A DNA stretch of 61,479 bases, filler included, from Chiloscyllium plagiosum (GCF_004010195.1; 4 parts of one record of this genome joined end to end with filler, not necessarily neighbours in it), one strand, 5' to 3'; positions 12,019-26,210 are shown, numbered from the whole stretch's first letter. Numbers and translations: made by a program. The notes: generated by a model from the sequence alone, not told the origin.

Positions 12019-12588
12019 TGTTACGAAGTTGTAGACGTTTACTGCATATTTCATAGAGCTGAAACTTCTGGCTGCCACACAGTTTTACAGTTTTGGACTA
12101 TATCAAACCAACGAGCCGGGCCGATATTTTAGTGTATGTTAAAATCGGGAACTTTGAATAGTTGGGGAGAACAGCAAAGAGCAGCCAACCACAAACAGTC
12201 TTCCAGTAGAATAGCTCTCTTAAAGGTGCCTATACGTAAGAAAGTCGTGCAGCTGAAGACCAATGACGACCTAAAGGAATCCACAGAGTTATATTGACAT
12301 TCAAAGATGACAATTTGGTTTGAAAATTAATTTGCCGTAAATTTAAGAGGAAATTTGTCCGACCAATATTCTGGAGTGGTAGCGAAAATGAGGTTTCAGA
12401 GAAAGAAGTTGTAAACCTTTCTTGTTTAGTTTTCTCTTTTGGACGTAACGAATATATTGTTATTTATTTTCTTTAAATAGTTATATTTGAGATAGTTCTT
12501 TGCCAACTCGAAATTTAACAAATTACGGTGCGAGGTTAGGTTATCTGTGTGTCTGGTTTAAATTAGCAGAAGCGTTTATCCCGTAACA
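12019..12588 (+). repeat. 3' LTR
   Basis: Preceded by polypurine GGGGAGG (12012-12018); perfect 7-bp terminal inverted repeats TGTTACG...CGTAACA. Confidence 0.85.
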
Positions 12589-12914
12589 CTCAATTGTACC
12601 AAACTACCTCGAGACCTAAAGAATAAAACCAGAATAGTTGCTCAGTATCAGAAAAGTGATTGGGAAACACAGTCGTGTCGATCCTGCAGAGATATTTTTC
12701 CTAACATCTGATAGCTTGTGGCAAAATTTACATAGCTGTCTCACAGATGGAAGAGAAACATTGTGAAAGGAATAGGAATTTGATACCTTTTGAGCATTAC
12801 GCAATTCTAGTTCATAGCTAATATCGCCTCAATGCATTTCCCCCTCCCGTCACACACAATGAACATATGCCTTAATGAGATTAACTCTCAGAAATTATAC
12901 AATAGGACTATCAA

Positions 12915-15900
12915 GTCGTCCCTCACACTCACTCATCCTCTGTCACCCTAATCCTTCACACTCACTTCGTCACCATCATCCTGACCCCCTCATACTCACT
13001 GCGTCACAATCAAATTGTGCCTGTCACCCTTACTCCACCTCTGTTACCCAGCCCCTCACATTCTCTGCGTCGTCGTCACCCTGATCACCTCAAGCTCTCT
13101 ATGTCACTGTCATCCTGACACCCTCACACAATTCCATCAACATCACCCTGACAGCTCACACTGCCCCCCGTCACTCCTCACCCTTCACACTTACACTGTT
13201 AACCTCACAGTGACACTTTCACACTCACTTCATCACCATCAGCTTACCCCCTCGAACTCACTTCATCACCATAAACCAGCTCCCTCACACTCACACTATC
13301 ACAGTCACACTGACCTTCTCACACTCACTCCCTCACTCTCACCCTAATTCCCTCACAGTCTCTCTGTCACGGTCAGCCTGACCCGCTTGAACTGGCTCAC
13401 CCTTACTCCGTCACCGACACCTGTCTTTCACAGTCACTCCATCACCAAACCCCGACCCCTCGCACTTACTCCGCCAGCGCTGCCCCGACCCCCTCACACT
13501 CACTCTGTCAGCACGGCCCTGACCTCATCACACTCGTTCTGTGAGCGTTGCCCTGACCCCCTCACACACACACTCCATCATCCTCACCACCCTCACACTC
13601 ACTACATCACCGTCACACAAATCCCCTCATACACACACTGTCGTAATTACTGTGACGTCCTAGCAATCGATCCCCATCTGTCACCCTTCTCCCTCACACT
13701 CTCGTCGTCACCGTAACCATGATCCCTCACGCTGACTCTGTTACTGTCACACTGTCCCCTCATTGTCACCATGTCAGTGCCATCATGAACGCTCACAGTC
13801 ACTCTGTAACCATCACACTGATCCATCACACTCTTGCCGTCAATGTCAAAGTGATCCACCCACAGCCAAGCTGTCACCCCTACCCGCACTTCTCACATGC
13901 ACTTCATCACGTTTACTTTGAGCCCCTCATACTCATTCCCCTCTGTAATGGGGAGCTCATCACACTCACTACCCCTCTGTTACCTTGACCCCCCTCATAT
14001 TCACTCCGCTGTTACCCTAGTCATCTAATAGTCTCGATGACACTGTCATCCTGAAACTCTTATATTAACTCCTTCACCGTCACGCTGCCTCCCTCACACT
14101 CACTCTCCCTCTGTTACGCTAAGCCACTCACATTCACTCTGTCACCCATCATCCTAACTCGTCAAACTCACTCTGTCACGATAAAACTGATCCCGTCATA
14201 CTCACTACGTCACAGTTACCCTGCCCCCCACACTACTCTCTGCCACTCTTTACCCCTCACACTCACACTTTCACCTTATCCTGACACCCTTACATGCCTT
14301 CGTCACTCTCATTATGAACCCCGCCGTTCACTCAGTTACTCTCATACCTTCTCGCACTGCCTCCCTCACTGTCACATTAAACACCTCATACTCACTCTGT
14401 AACTGTCAGCCTGACCCATTAAAACTCGGTCCCCCATCTCACGCACGCGCTCGTACTACATCCCTCACTGACAGCCTCAGACTCACTTCATCACAGTACC
14501 TCTGAACCCCTCACACATGCACCATCACCATTCCGCTAATCAGCTCAAACTCACTCCGTCACTATTCCCCCGAAGCCCTCACATTGATTCCTTAATGGTA
14601 CCCTGACCCTTTCACACTCACTCACCATTGCTCACTCATTCTCACCACATCAAAGACACCGAGAACCCCTCACAATCTCTCTGTCACCACTACCATGACA
14701 ACTTCAGACTCATTCCATTACCGTCACCCTGACCCCCTCACACTCACTCTCTCACTGTCACCGACACTCTCACACTCACCCACCATGATCCACTCACTCT
14801 TACCCTATCATCGTCACCGTGACCCCCTCACACTCGTACTACATCCCTCACTGACAGCCTTCCCCAGTACCCCTCATACTGGCACCCTCATCAGCCTGCA
14901 AACCTACCAGACTCACCCAGCAGTACCCATTCACTCTTACTGCATCATCGTCACCGTGACCCCCTCACAATTACTCTTTTATCGCCATCCTGACGACCTC
15001 AGACTCACTCCATTACCGTCATCCCGAACCACTCAAACTCACATCGTCAACATTACACTGACCCCATCTCGCTCATTCCGTCAGTGTCACCCTGACTCGT
15101 CAATCTCACTACATTACCCTCATCTTACTCACATTCACTTGGTCACCAATAAACTGACCCGCTCACGGTCACGCCATTGCCGTACGTCTGACCATCTCAT
15201 ACTCTCTATGTCACTGTCATTCTGACACCCGCACATTATCCCCATCACCGTCACGCTGACCCCCTCTTACTCACTCCCCCTCTGTCACCCTGACCCCTCA
15301 CATTCACTCCATCACCGTCAAAATGCACCCTCACACACATCCGTCACCATCACCCTGATCCCTGCAGATTCACTATATCATTGTCTCCCTGACATCGTCA
15401 CAATAACCCCGTCAACTTCACGCTGACACCCTCACATTCACTTCGTCACCGTCACCCTGACACCCTCACATTCACTTCGTCGCTGTCACCATGACGTTAA
15501 CACTCACTCAGGCACTCACACACTGACCTTCTCACACTCGGTCCCTCACTGACACTCTCAACCCCTCACCCTCACTCTGTGACTGATAGCCTGACACACT
15601 CAAACTCGATCCCCATCACACTGACACGCTCGAACTCCTTCCCACATCGTCACACTGAGGGCCTCGCACTGAATTCATCACGGTCCCAATGAGCACCTCA
15701 CACTACCTCCGTCACAATATCCTCCACCCCAACACTCTCACTCCATCACTGTCACTATGATCCCACCACACTCACTCCATCACCATCACCTTGACCGTCA
15801 CATTCTCGCCGTCTCTGTCACCCTGACCACACGACACTCACTCCACCACCATTTCCTGACCGTCTCACACTCACTCCTGCTCCTTCACACTTACCCCCTC

Positions 15901-18900
15901 ACACTCACTGTGTTACTGTCATCCTACATTCACACATTCACTCTGTCACCAACACCTTGCCACCCAAAAGCCCACTCTGTCAATGTAACCTTGAAACCAT
16001 CACACTCAGTTTGTCCTACTTAACCTGACCCCCTCACGCAGACACCGTCACCCTCACCACCCTCATAGACACTCCGTCACAATCACACAACCCGCCTCAC
16101 ACTCATGCTGTCAACGTGACCGTAACAACCTGACATTCATTCGCTGTCTGCCACCTGCTCTTCCTCACATTCACTCCATCATCATAACCATGACCCCTCA
16201 CACTCTGTCACGGTCACACTGACACATTGCACTCGCTCTGTCACTAATCTCTCTCACACTAATCTGTCACACTCCGCTGTGAAAGTCAAACTGAACCTCT
16301 CACAACCAACTGTCACCTTCACAATCACTCCCCCTCTGTAATGGTGAGCCTCTCATGCTCACTCCCCTCTATCATCCGACGCTTCTCACATTCACTCCAT
16401 CACCTTCAAACTGATAATCTCAACTGTGTATGTCACTGTGAGCCTGTCATCCTCACATAATCTCCGTCACTGTCACGCTGATCCCTCACATTCACTATCC
16501 CTTTGTCAAGCTGATCACCTCACATTCGCTCTGTCACCGTCAACCTGACCCCTCACAATCTCTCTGACATGATCATACTGATACCCTCATACTCACTATG
16601 CCAATGTCACTCTGAAACCCTCACACTAACGCTGTCATGGTCACCCAGACCCGTCACACTTACTCCCGCTCTATCACTCTTAACCCCTCAGACTCACAGC
16701 GTCACTTCAGCCTGACATCCTCCCGTTCATTTTGTCACCATCACCATGATCCTCACACTCACTGTATAACTCTCACACTGGCCTTCTCGAACTCACTCCC
16801 TCAAACTCTTAAACTCTTCCCCCCATCACACTGACACGCTCAAACTCCCTTCCGCACTTTCACATTGACTGACTCGCACTCACTCTATCACAATCACCCT
16901 GATCCCCTCATACTCACTCCGTCCCCTTCCCCTGAACCCCTCACATTGACTCCCTCTTCGCCCCCGACCCTATCACACTCGCACACCATTACCCACTCAC
17001 TCTTACCCTATGATCGTCATCGTGAACCCTGCACAATCACCCTGTCACTGCTACCACCATTAACCTCAGAGTCACCCATTACCGTTATCCTGAACTGCTC
17101 ACGCGCACAGCATCATCATTACACTGACACCGTCTCGCCAATTCCGTCAGTTTCAACCTGAACCCATCAAACTCACTCCATCACCCGTGTCGTGCTCACA
17201 CTCACTCCGTCACCGTTACCATAAACCCTCTCTCACACTTCTTCTCCGTCATTCTGAGCTTCTGATATTCCCTCTATCACCCTCATCCTGCTCAAACTAA
17301 ACCGTCACCGTCACGCTGATCCCCTCACTCCCCCTCTGCAACCTGACCTCCTCACATTTAATCCATCACCGTGAACGTGACCCCTCACTTTGACTTCATC
17401 ACCATCACACTGATACTCTCAGACTCACTATGTCACTGCCACCCTGACACCCTTACGCTAACCTCGTCCCGATCACAGTGACCACACATACTGCCCCCAT
17501 CTATCACTCTAAACCTCTCCCATTCGTTCTCTAAACAATTGCTTGACCCGCTCAAACTCGCTCCCCATCACACTGTGACACCCTCAATCCTCCTCCCTCA
17601 CCGTGACCCTGAGTGCCTGACACTCACTTCATCACCAGCCCCCTGACCCACTCATACTCACTCCGTTACTGTCTCCTTGAACCCCTCACAATTTCAACGC
17701 TGCTTCGAACACCTCACACGCACTCTATCACTGTCACCCTACTGCATCACACTCACTTCCTCACCATCCCCCGACATATCGCACTCACTCACTATTACCC
17801 ACTCACTCTCACCCCATCACTGTCACCAAACTTCCTCACACTCACTCTACCCCCGTCATCCTGACGCCGTCACACTCTCTCTATCATCATCACCACGACT
17901 CACTCACACTCATTTCATTATCGTCACCCACACCACCTCACACTCAACCCGTCACCCTCTTCCTGACCCAATCACACTCACTCTGTTACCATCACCATGA
18001 AACTAGAGTCCTCATTCTGCCTCCGCAGATCTGATACCCTCATACTCACTTTGTCAGCAGAACCATGAACCCTTAAACACACTCTTTCGCCGTGCCTAAA
18101 CACTCTCAGTCTATCCACCAACATGACCCCCTTACACTTATTCCATCACCATCATCCTGACCACATGACACTGACTCGCCCTCTGTGACCTTGACCCCTC
18201 ACACTCACTCAATCTCCCTCGCTACAAAAACCTCATTCCGTTCCTGTCAACCTTACCCGCTCACTCTCACCCCATCACCATCATCCTGATCCTATCATAC
18301 TCTCTCCATCAGCATTATCCTGACCCCCTCACACTTAGTCACCATTATCCTGACCCCCCTCACACTCGCTCCATCATCAGCCTGACCCACGAGCAGCCAC
18401 TACGTCACTGTCAGCCTGACACCCTTGCCCTCACTCTGTCACCACAGTTATGACACCCTCACACACAATCCGTCACTGTTACCATGAACTCGTTAAAGTC
18501 ACTCTTCCACTTTGCCCCGACACTTTCAATCTCTCTGTCTAAAGTGAGGAGTCCAGATGCTTGAGATCAGAGTCAAGATTAGAGTATTGCTAGAAAAGCA
18601 TAACAGATCAGACAGCTTCTGAAGAGCAGGCAAGCGGCCTTTCCGCGAGGAGCCCTTCATCAGGAATGAGGGCATAATTTTCTGCCCCAACATGATGCCC
18701 TCACACTCACCATATCACTGGCGCCCTGAACACCTGACGCTCTCACGTTCACTTCCTCTATCACCCGTACAACCTCAAACTCACTCAGTCACTCTCATCC
18801 CGTACACTCACTCCGTCATCCTCACCCTGACCCCCCTCACTCACTCCACCTCTCTCTCCCTGAATTCCTCACATTCACTCCATCACCATCAACCAGAAAC

Positions 18901-19115
18901 TTCAGACTCGATCCATCACTTTTACCTTGATCCCATCATACTCTCGATGCCACTGCCACCCTGACACCGTACACTAACCCCATCACCGTGACCCGAACGC
19001 CCTTGCACTCACTCCATCATTGTCACCCTAATGACTCAAAATCACACCGTCACTTTCACGCTGACCTTCTCACACTTCATCCCACAGTGTCACCCTGAAC
19101 CCCGGACACTTAATC
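12915..19115. repeat. Long degenerate C/A/T-rich satellite, about 34-bp unit (CTGACCCCCTCACACTCACTCCGTCACCGTCACC-like)
   Basis: Adjacent near-identical units start at 15423 and 15457; strong G depletion on the + strand over about 6 kb. Confidence 0.9.
18540..18670 (-). mobile_element. Single-arm copy of the hammerhead repeat family inserted in the satellite
   Basis: aaagtgagg...cagatgcttgagatcagag...gcccttcatcagg is homologous to 4655-4778. Minus strand CTGATGA-AGGGC...GAAAG core is degenerate. Confidence 0.7.
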
Positions 19116-19489
19116 TGTGACCTTCAGTCACAGATTATGGTAATGAGAGAATTTGATTGATTGATGGATTTGGGTGAAAGTTTATTTCAGCACATTCTTC
19201 AGCTGCTGCCTGAATTTAGTGTGGGTCACGGCATAAATCGCAGTGTTTGTGCAGCAACTGAGGAGCTGCAGCATGAAGACATACGTAGGTTGGAAGTTTC
19301 TGTCGATTAGTGCAAACTGTGATTGATCTTGTGTCAAGAAGAAATGTAAACACAGGAAAACATATTCACCTCTTTAACTGCCTGAGCGACTTCGAAACAT
19401 TGCCTTCATCTCCCTGGAACGGAATCTACTCCCTCGTGAACTTATATTCTGTTCAATATACTGTTGTCTGTCCGTCCACAAAAAATATC

Positions 19490-20472
19490 ATGGACCAAAA
19501 GTTCCGGACAATAGTGGGCATAAAATGTTCCGGGGAATGCTGAGGATAGAACATTTTGGGACACTTAGGGCAAGAAATGTCCGTTATGGAAAGTTCCTGG
19601 AATGTCGGGTATTGAACATTCAATGGAATGTGAGGTTTTGAATGTTCTGGCCATTGTCAGGTACAGAATGTTACGGAGAATGTCGAGTATAGAATATCCT
19701 GGAGCATGTTCTGGGGAATGTCTTGTGTAGATGTTTCTGGGGAATGTCGGGAATGGAATGTTCTGGTAAATGTCGAGTATAGAATATTCTGGCGTATGTT
19801 CTGGGGAATGTCACGTGTCGATCGTTCTGGGGAATGTGAAGTTTTGAATGTTGGGAGGAATAACGCAATAGAAAGCTCCAGAGACTGTCGGTAACGGAAA
19901 GTTCCGGGGATCTCGGGTATGGAATGTTCTGGGCGATGTCAGGTACAGAATTTTCCAAGGATTTTCAGGTACAGAATATTCCGGGGAATATCGGGTATAG
20001 AACGTTCAAAGGAACGTGGGGTATAGAATATTCCTGGGAAAGCTGAGCATACAATGTTTCAGAGACTGTCGGTTAAAGAATGTTCTGGGGAATGTCAGTT
20101 GCAGACATTTCTGGGGTATTTCGCACGCAGAATATTCTGAGGAATGTCGATTTCAGGATGTTCTGGGAAATGTCCCGTATACAATGTTCCAGGTTATGTC
20201 GGATATAGAATGTTCAGGACTATGTAAGTTACATGATGTTCTGGAGAATGTTGGGTATTGAATGCTCTGCGTAATGTTGGGTTCAGAATGTTCAGAGGAA
20301 TTTCAGTTTAAAATGTTTCAGGGAATACTGGATATTGAATGTTATGGGGAATGTCAGGTACAGAATGTTACAGGGAATGTCGGGAATAGAACGTTCTGGG
20401 ACATGTCGGGTAAAGAATGTTCCAGGGAATGCCGCATACAGAATCTTCAAGGTAATGCTGGGGATAGAATGT
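19490..20472. repeat. Tandem repeat, 26-bp unit (AGAATGTTCTGGGGAATGTCGGGTAT)
   Basis: gaatgttctggggaatgtc recurs with about 26-bp periodicity. Confidence 0.9.
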
Positions 20473-20914
20473 GATGATTCATAAAGTTCCATATCACGAA
20501 AGCCATTCTGACCATTAAGTTTGTTGTGACCCACTCGACTTCACGGTGGGATTATCTCCCCAAATCCAACATTTACGGCATTTTTCAACAAAAATAAGTT
20601 AAGGCAATACCTCGATCATTTTATGAAGGTCACGTTTTAAGATCGGACAGATGGCATCCCTGATTTGGAGATCTACCCCACCGCTTCTACAACTAGGAGT
20701 GCTGTACAAAATTCAAATCTTCCTGTATATTCAATTCCCAGCATCAGTCAAAATGTCACCATGCCTCTCTAAGTTCAATTAATCATATACTTTTGCTTCA
20801 ATGGATGCATTCGAACCCTCCATCTTGTCTGAGTTTACAACACACATTGAGGTGGATGGCCTATCATTCAGATTTTGAAGCTATTATTTCCTGCTAAATC
20901 GTCAACTTGATTCC

Positions 20915-21110
20915 TCATATTGACTGGTCAGGAAACAATCTGACTTCGCCATACTCATAGAATCAGACCTGATGAATAATGTATCATATGCCCGATCATC
21001 ATTCCTAGGTATACTCTGTCCCACTGGAAGGACAGACCCACCAGTGGCGGGAGAACCGCGGATGTTTGATTGTTGCTCTGTCGCCATACTGCAACTAGAC
21101 CATAGTGGAT
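20915..21110 (+). mobile_element. LINE (L2/CR1 clade) APE endonuclease fragment
   Basis: Resembles D..ILTES.L...IPGY.LSH..DRP..GGG (ctcatagaatca...ctctgtcccactggaaggacagacccacc). Confidence 0.55.
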
Positions 21111-23473
21111 GCTCACTGATAAGAGAGAGAAGCGACTGGTGGTGGTTTACCCTGTGGACCAACTGGACACAGGTAAGAGTGAAGGTTTAGAAGAAGAGTC
21201 TTCCATGTTAATTTTAAACCTCCGACGAAACTGAACGCAAACTGTTGCTATCACATTGCACTGTAAACTAACAATTCAGCCAAATGATCTAAACCAATTC
21301 CCACACCGTGGTATGCAGGAAGAAAATGAGTTACCCTGGAATCCCCTAAAAATTGGTTCTAGAACCCGAGAAAACTCATGATAACTGATCTAATATTTCC
21401 AAGGAAATCGCATGATGATGGACATCTACTGCCGTCCACAGAACCCCTCAGTTATAAGTCAGTTATCATACTGAAAATTAATCAGTGGAAGCACTGAGGT
21501 TGACAAGGACACAGAAGGTATTCTGGTTGTGGTACGTCAATGTCCATCACCATGAGTGTGTCCACTTACTCAGCAGGGCGAGGCCTCAAATGTAGAGCAT
21601 CCAGACTGTGGGAAGTGATGGGTGAACCAACAAGACGGGAAAATAAACTTTCACCAAACGACTTGACGCAGATGGATCTGACCTGAACATCAACTGTAGG
21701 AACACCCAATGCACAGTTCTGGTGAAGGGAAAGTCTGAACCTCATATTGAATATAACACCCACTGTGTTATGTGGCACTTCCAGCTGCGAAGTGCGACAT
21801 AGTTTGAAAGGACTGAGCAAAGGGAACTGGACATCCATGAGGCACTGTGACCATTCAGCAGCTGCAGTATCAATGATCTTTCCACCATCGTAAGGTCAGA
21901 AGTGGGCTGTTCACTGATGGTCCCGCATTGTTTCGCACCAACGACAACGTCACCTGTACTGAAGCAGTCCATTCAGTTCATCAAGAGTGTTAAACAGAAC
22001 ATAATGAGTCCATTCAGCCATTCAAGGCCGGGACTCAGAACTTGGAACAGATCTTTAAATCGCTCAAGCCTGTTACATAGGAAATACATGAGAACATTCA
22101 TCCTTTCAATGCTCCTCCACAGAAATACGGGGAGGACTGTTTACTGTCCTGGAAGCAGGGATAATTTGAGGATAAGTTAGTTCTTAGTAACTGAAGCGAA
22201 ATTAACGACTGCAGTAAAAATCGACCAGTGCTGAGTCCACAACTGTCTGCAAACTATATCAACGATACAGTTAAATAGTAAAAATGTACTCTAACTAAAT
22301 TTGTCATTGGCTCTCAGATAGGCAGAAATCTAGACACCAGAGGAGTTAGAGTGTATGTAAATAAATATGCAATGGACAACAATTTGACAGATGAAATATG
22401 AAGTGGGCAACTGAGAACATGTGATTCATTTCAAGGATAAATTCTGTATCTTCTGTAGCTGGAAGAGATTGCAGGACGTTTTGATATAGTGTGCACTGAA
22501 GGGTTCACTCTGACCCGTTCAGACATCGGAAGTGTTGGCCCATCTCCTTGATTGTCTGCTGTTTGATTTTCCCAGTGATCCCATTGCTCGCAGCACACTT
22601 CGGATATTTTGAGGTAGGTAGTTTAGGGTGAGGAGATGGAGTGTTTTGAGGAATGTATTAATGGTCGGTATTTATCTGAGAGGCCATCCTTTCTTTCCAC
22701 ATGGATGACTACTTCTGAAAAAAGAGGATGTTACTGTTTCCGGGACAGTGCATATTCACCAACATGATGTACTGTGGATCGTAACACTTTAGCATTAATG
22801 GAGTGAGAGACGAAGGGTCCAATGACAAGAGTAAGAACATTAAATAAAAGCATTCACACACCAGCGGAAATGCTTAGTCATAGGCCTTTCTCAATCGACT
22901 TCACAGAACAAGCCCAGATACCATAAACCTCGAGAAGAAGTCGGCTCTGCTTTGTCCAAGTCGCAATCTGCTCAGAATGGATATCTGTGCAGACCACAGC
23001 AGTGCTTTGATCTATAAAAGAGGACTAGATATCTATCCAGCTCTGGTAGCTCTGCATTAACCTACAAACACAGACGAAACGTCTGTGAAGCACGAGGAAC
23101 TATGCTGAGTGAAACACTGTATTAATATATAAAACCAGTATATTTGTCTGTCCTGCATGGGGCGCTATGCAGACCACAGCAGTACAATTGTATTCAGATC
23201 ATTCTGAGAGAAGCACTTCGGAAGATGTTGAGATGAATGTTATTGCAACCTTTCTAACCTGCAACGGCTTTTTATCTCCTCTTCCACTTATAGTGAGAAT
23301 TATACTGGATTGTAAAGTCATGAAACAAACCCAATAGCAGCATACGAACCAGCAATGGGCATATTCATCTCTCTCTGTTAATATATTCGGGCAAATTTGC
23401 AAAGAAACGGACTAAACTGCGCGGAGTCACCAAAGTCATTCTTTGAAAAAGGGAACAGCCATGAAATGTCCTA

Positions 23474-24162
23474 GAGATGGCGGCAGGGTCGGAATGGTCC
23501 AGCCTGTGCTCTACCGCTCTCCCCATCCTTTTTTTGTTACTCTTTTTTCCCTGTTTAATGTTGTGTCTTTGTGAAGCGATTTGATTCTGAATAAAGGAGA
23601 CAAGTGCCTGATAATAGGCTGGCATGCGGAGGTGAGGTCTCGAGATTCATAGCAGAGTGCAGGCTCGACTGTAGTCCATTTGGGGTCTGCAGTCTGAATA
23701 CAGTGCGGTCTGGAGCCTGGGCCTGGGGCACTCCAGAAACTGGGCCCTGACCAGACTCGACTCATGGAGCTGTGCGGGCTGGAGGCATGGTCTGATACAG
23801 TCCCAAGACTGGGACCAGTTCGGTCTGTAGATTTCGCCCAGTGCAGTCCGGAGACTGGGTCCAGAGCAGTCTGCAGACTGGGCGCTCTGCCGTCTGGAGA
23901 CTTGGCCTGACGTGGTCTGGCGACTCGGCCTGGTTTCAGTCTGGAGAATCGATACTGCCACAGAATCGGGGGAAAGAACTGCAAATCGATTCGTTATTTT
24001 TCTTCTTGTTATTCCTGTGCTGGACTTTCATTTAATTATGGTTGAATTTTGTAACAAATACTTAAGAATCTGCACTTACGATGACGCAATATGCGAGGAC
24101 ATTGCAAACTTTTCAGTGCACTCATTAAAGTGCACGTGACAATAAGGGGAATTAATTCAAAT
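23474..24162 (+). mobile_element. Probable non-autonomous retroposon with internal ~23-bp GC-rich tandem array (23640-23950) and Rex1/L2-like tail
   Basis: Begins gagatggcggc; repeated (gtc)tggagactgggc units; ends gtgcacgtgacaataagggg-aattaattcaaat. Confidence 0.5.
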
Positions 24163-24509
24163 GTGAGAGAGTCATTGTCTTTCATACATTTTCCGAACAA
24201 AGCTGCTGCTTGTGCGGTGGCATGGAGTGGCAAGCCGAGAGTTGTATTAAATTGCATTAAAAACAAGAGGGAGAGATAAAGGCAGACTGAGTGAGAAAGA
24301 GTGAGGAGTGACTTTTTGATCCTCATTTCAATTGATTCGGTCCTGAAACAATGGAAACCCAAATGCTCTGAGATTGCAGATATTGAGTTACACGCAATAA
24401 TACACTAAAACACACAAAAAGGCGAAGACAAACACAAGCAAACACGCAGCCATTAACACATTCGGCCCCTCATGCCTGCCTTGTCATCTTATAAGATAGT
24501 GGCTGATCT

Positions 24510-26210
24510 GATCCAGGTCTCAACATTATTTCCTCTTGGGAAATAAGACAGGACTAATGACCGAGCTTTTGGCGTGAGAGCACTTTTGGACCAGTGACCG
24601 TAATTCTATTAGTATGAAAAGAGTTCTGCTAAAGGACAGGCCTGGTCCACGCGTTAAAAATATAAAGTAGAGAAAGGCTAATTTTGATGCTATTAGGCAG
24701 GAACTTTCAAAACATGATTGGGGAAATGCAGTTCACAGGAAGAAGGTCGTCTCACAATTGGATGTCGTTCAAAAGCGATAAGCTGCAAGTTGAGGGATAG
24801 CATGTTGCTGTTAGTGTGAAGGGCAGTGCCAGCAGGATTAGGAAACAGCACATGACAGTGGATATTGAGGCTCTGATAAAGACCAAAGAAGATGACATAT
24901 GTTAGCTACAGGCACCTGGCGAAAGTAAATCCCTTGGGATATGGTATACAACACTCCACTTCCAAGATAAATCAGGAGCGCAAAAAGGGGGCATAGATAG
25001 CGAAGGACGGTAAGGTTAAGGAGAATCTAAAGATATTCTATGAGGATATTAAGGGCAAAGGTGAAGGTAGGAAGAGCATAGGGCCCCTTAAAAATCAAAG
25101 TCCCATTTGTGTATATACTCACAGGAGATGAAATAGGCTCCTGAGGTTTATTGTCACATGTACTCACATGACGACCATGGATGGTTAAAAAGTTGCCCCA
25201 TGTGACGCAACCGGAAGTACAAAGTTACCCCATTCCCCCACCCCCACGACAAACACCACTCTCCAGGTAGAGTCATGGTAAAAAGTATTGGATAAGAACA
25301 TACAAAACATGGATATTACGTTGTAGACCACACCAAAATTCGTGGTATCGTGGTCGGTCAAATCAGTCATCTAAGAAGACAACGAGATCTTGCTCAACTG
25401 GGCCAGTGGACCAAGGACTGGCAGATGGAGCTTCATGTGGAGAAACGAGGTTTTACATTTTGTAACATAAACTAGAGCAGGACATATACAGTTAACAGTA
25501 GGGCCCTGGGAAATGTTATCAAACAGAAAAATACGGGTGCAGTTACATAGTTCATTGAAAGTGGGATCGCAGAGGGACAGGGTTGTGATGAAGTCGTTAG
25601 GCAAATTTGCCTTCATCAGAGTACAGGTATATGAATTGGAACATCATATTATGGCTGAAAAGACAATGGTAAGGCCACAATTGAGTACAATTCTTGTCTA
25701 CCTGCTCTCGGAAATATGTTATGAAATGGAACGGGTGCATATATATTCAAATTGATTGGTCAGAGACTGGAGGTTTTGATGTATAAGCGAAGGCTGGACA
25801 GGCTGTAATTATTTTATCCCTTTTGCATTGGACGCTGAGGGATGACCAGAAAATCGTGAGGTGCATAAATGGGATGAATAGTCAAGGTCGTTTCACGAGG
25901 TTAAAGGTGTTCAAACCAAACGGCACCAGTTTCAGTAAAGAGGAGAAATTTTTCAAAGGGATCTAAGAGGAAACTGTTTCTCATAGAGTATGATATGTAG
26001 ATCTAACGAGATAACAGAGGAAGTATTAAAGGTATACACAATTACAATGTTAAAAAGAAAATTGGACCGATACATGAATAAGAAAGGTGTAGAGGTGTAC
26101 ATGGCAAACACAGACGTACGGAACTAATTGAGTTCAGGAAATCTGGTGAGCAAAGAGGAATTCGGCCAAAGGGTCTGTTTGCATATTATGTAACTGTAAC
26201 ACTTTATGAC
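24510..26210 (+). mobile_element. Decayed CR1 ORF2 with 3' end; contains a nested reverse tail fragment at about 25146-25345
   Basis: ENLKIFYEDIKGK, then LHSSLKVGSQRDRVVMK...MVRPQL (ORF 25513..25755) and a CR1 3' UTR gccaaagggtctgttt. Confidence 0.7.

Larger units (their letters stand above)
7598..12588 (+). mobile_element. Decayed Gypsy LTR retrotransposon of Gmr1 type (SCAN-like Gag, protease, RT, RNase H; integrase core missing)
   Basis: Gag FEKLARQMEW...REVFAALSDEQSRDYE (8967-9182); protease-like ILRDGTSNQSLIL; RT motifs KLDLLRGY and MPFGMKNVPATFQRL; RNase H APVLA...PFKVAIDSSDIGLGAVLLQ; PBS, PPT and LTRs visible. Confidence 0.85.

Noticed and set aside
12875..18964. Many His/Pro/Ser/Thr/Leu-rich ORFs
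   Set aside because: By-product of the G-poor 34-bp satellite; no protein motif.
19490..20472. CRISPR-like appearance of periodic arrays (also 6765-7592 and 32650-33070)
   Set aside because: Contiguous degenerate monomers without unique spacers, no cas genes, eukaryotic context.
20800..20870. B-box-like TTCGAACC as a third tRNA relic
   Set aside because: No A box or cloverleaf, and no end-to-end match to a tRNA.
21570..21693. Possible minus-strand exon (cctacag...GTAAGT) and a plus-strand KC/EHPDCGK zinc-finger-like string
   Set aside because: Weak splice context, no recognisable protein or partner exons; the finger needs a frameshift and lacks the histidine pair.
23069..23087. GAAACGTC as another hammerhead
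   Set aside because: No CUGANGA or stem II upstream; only a simple hairpin.
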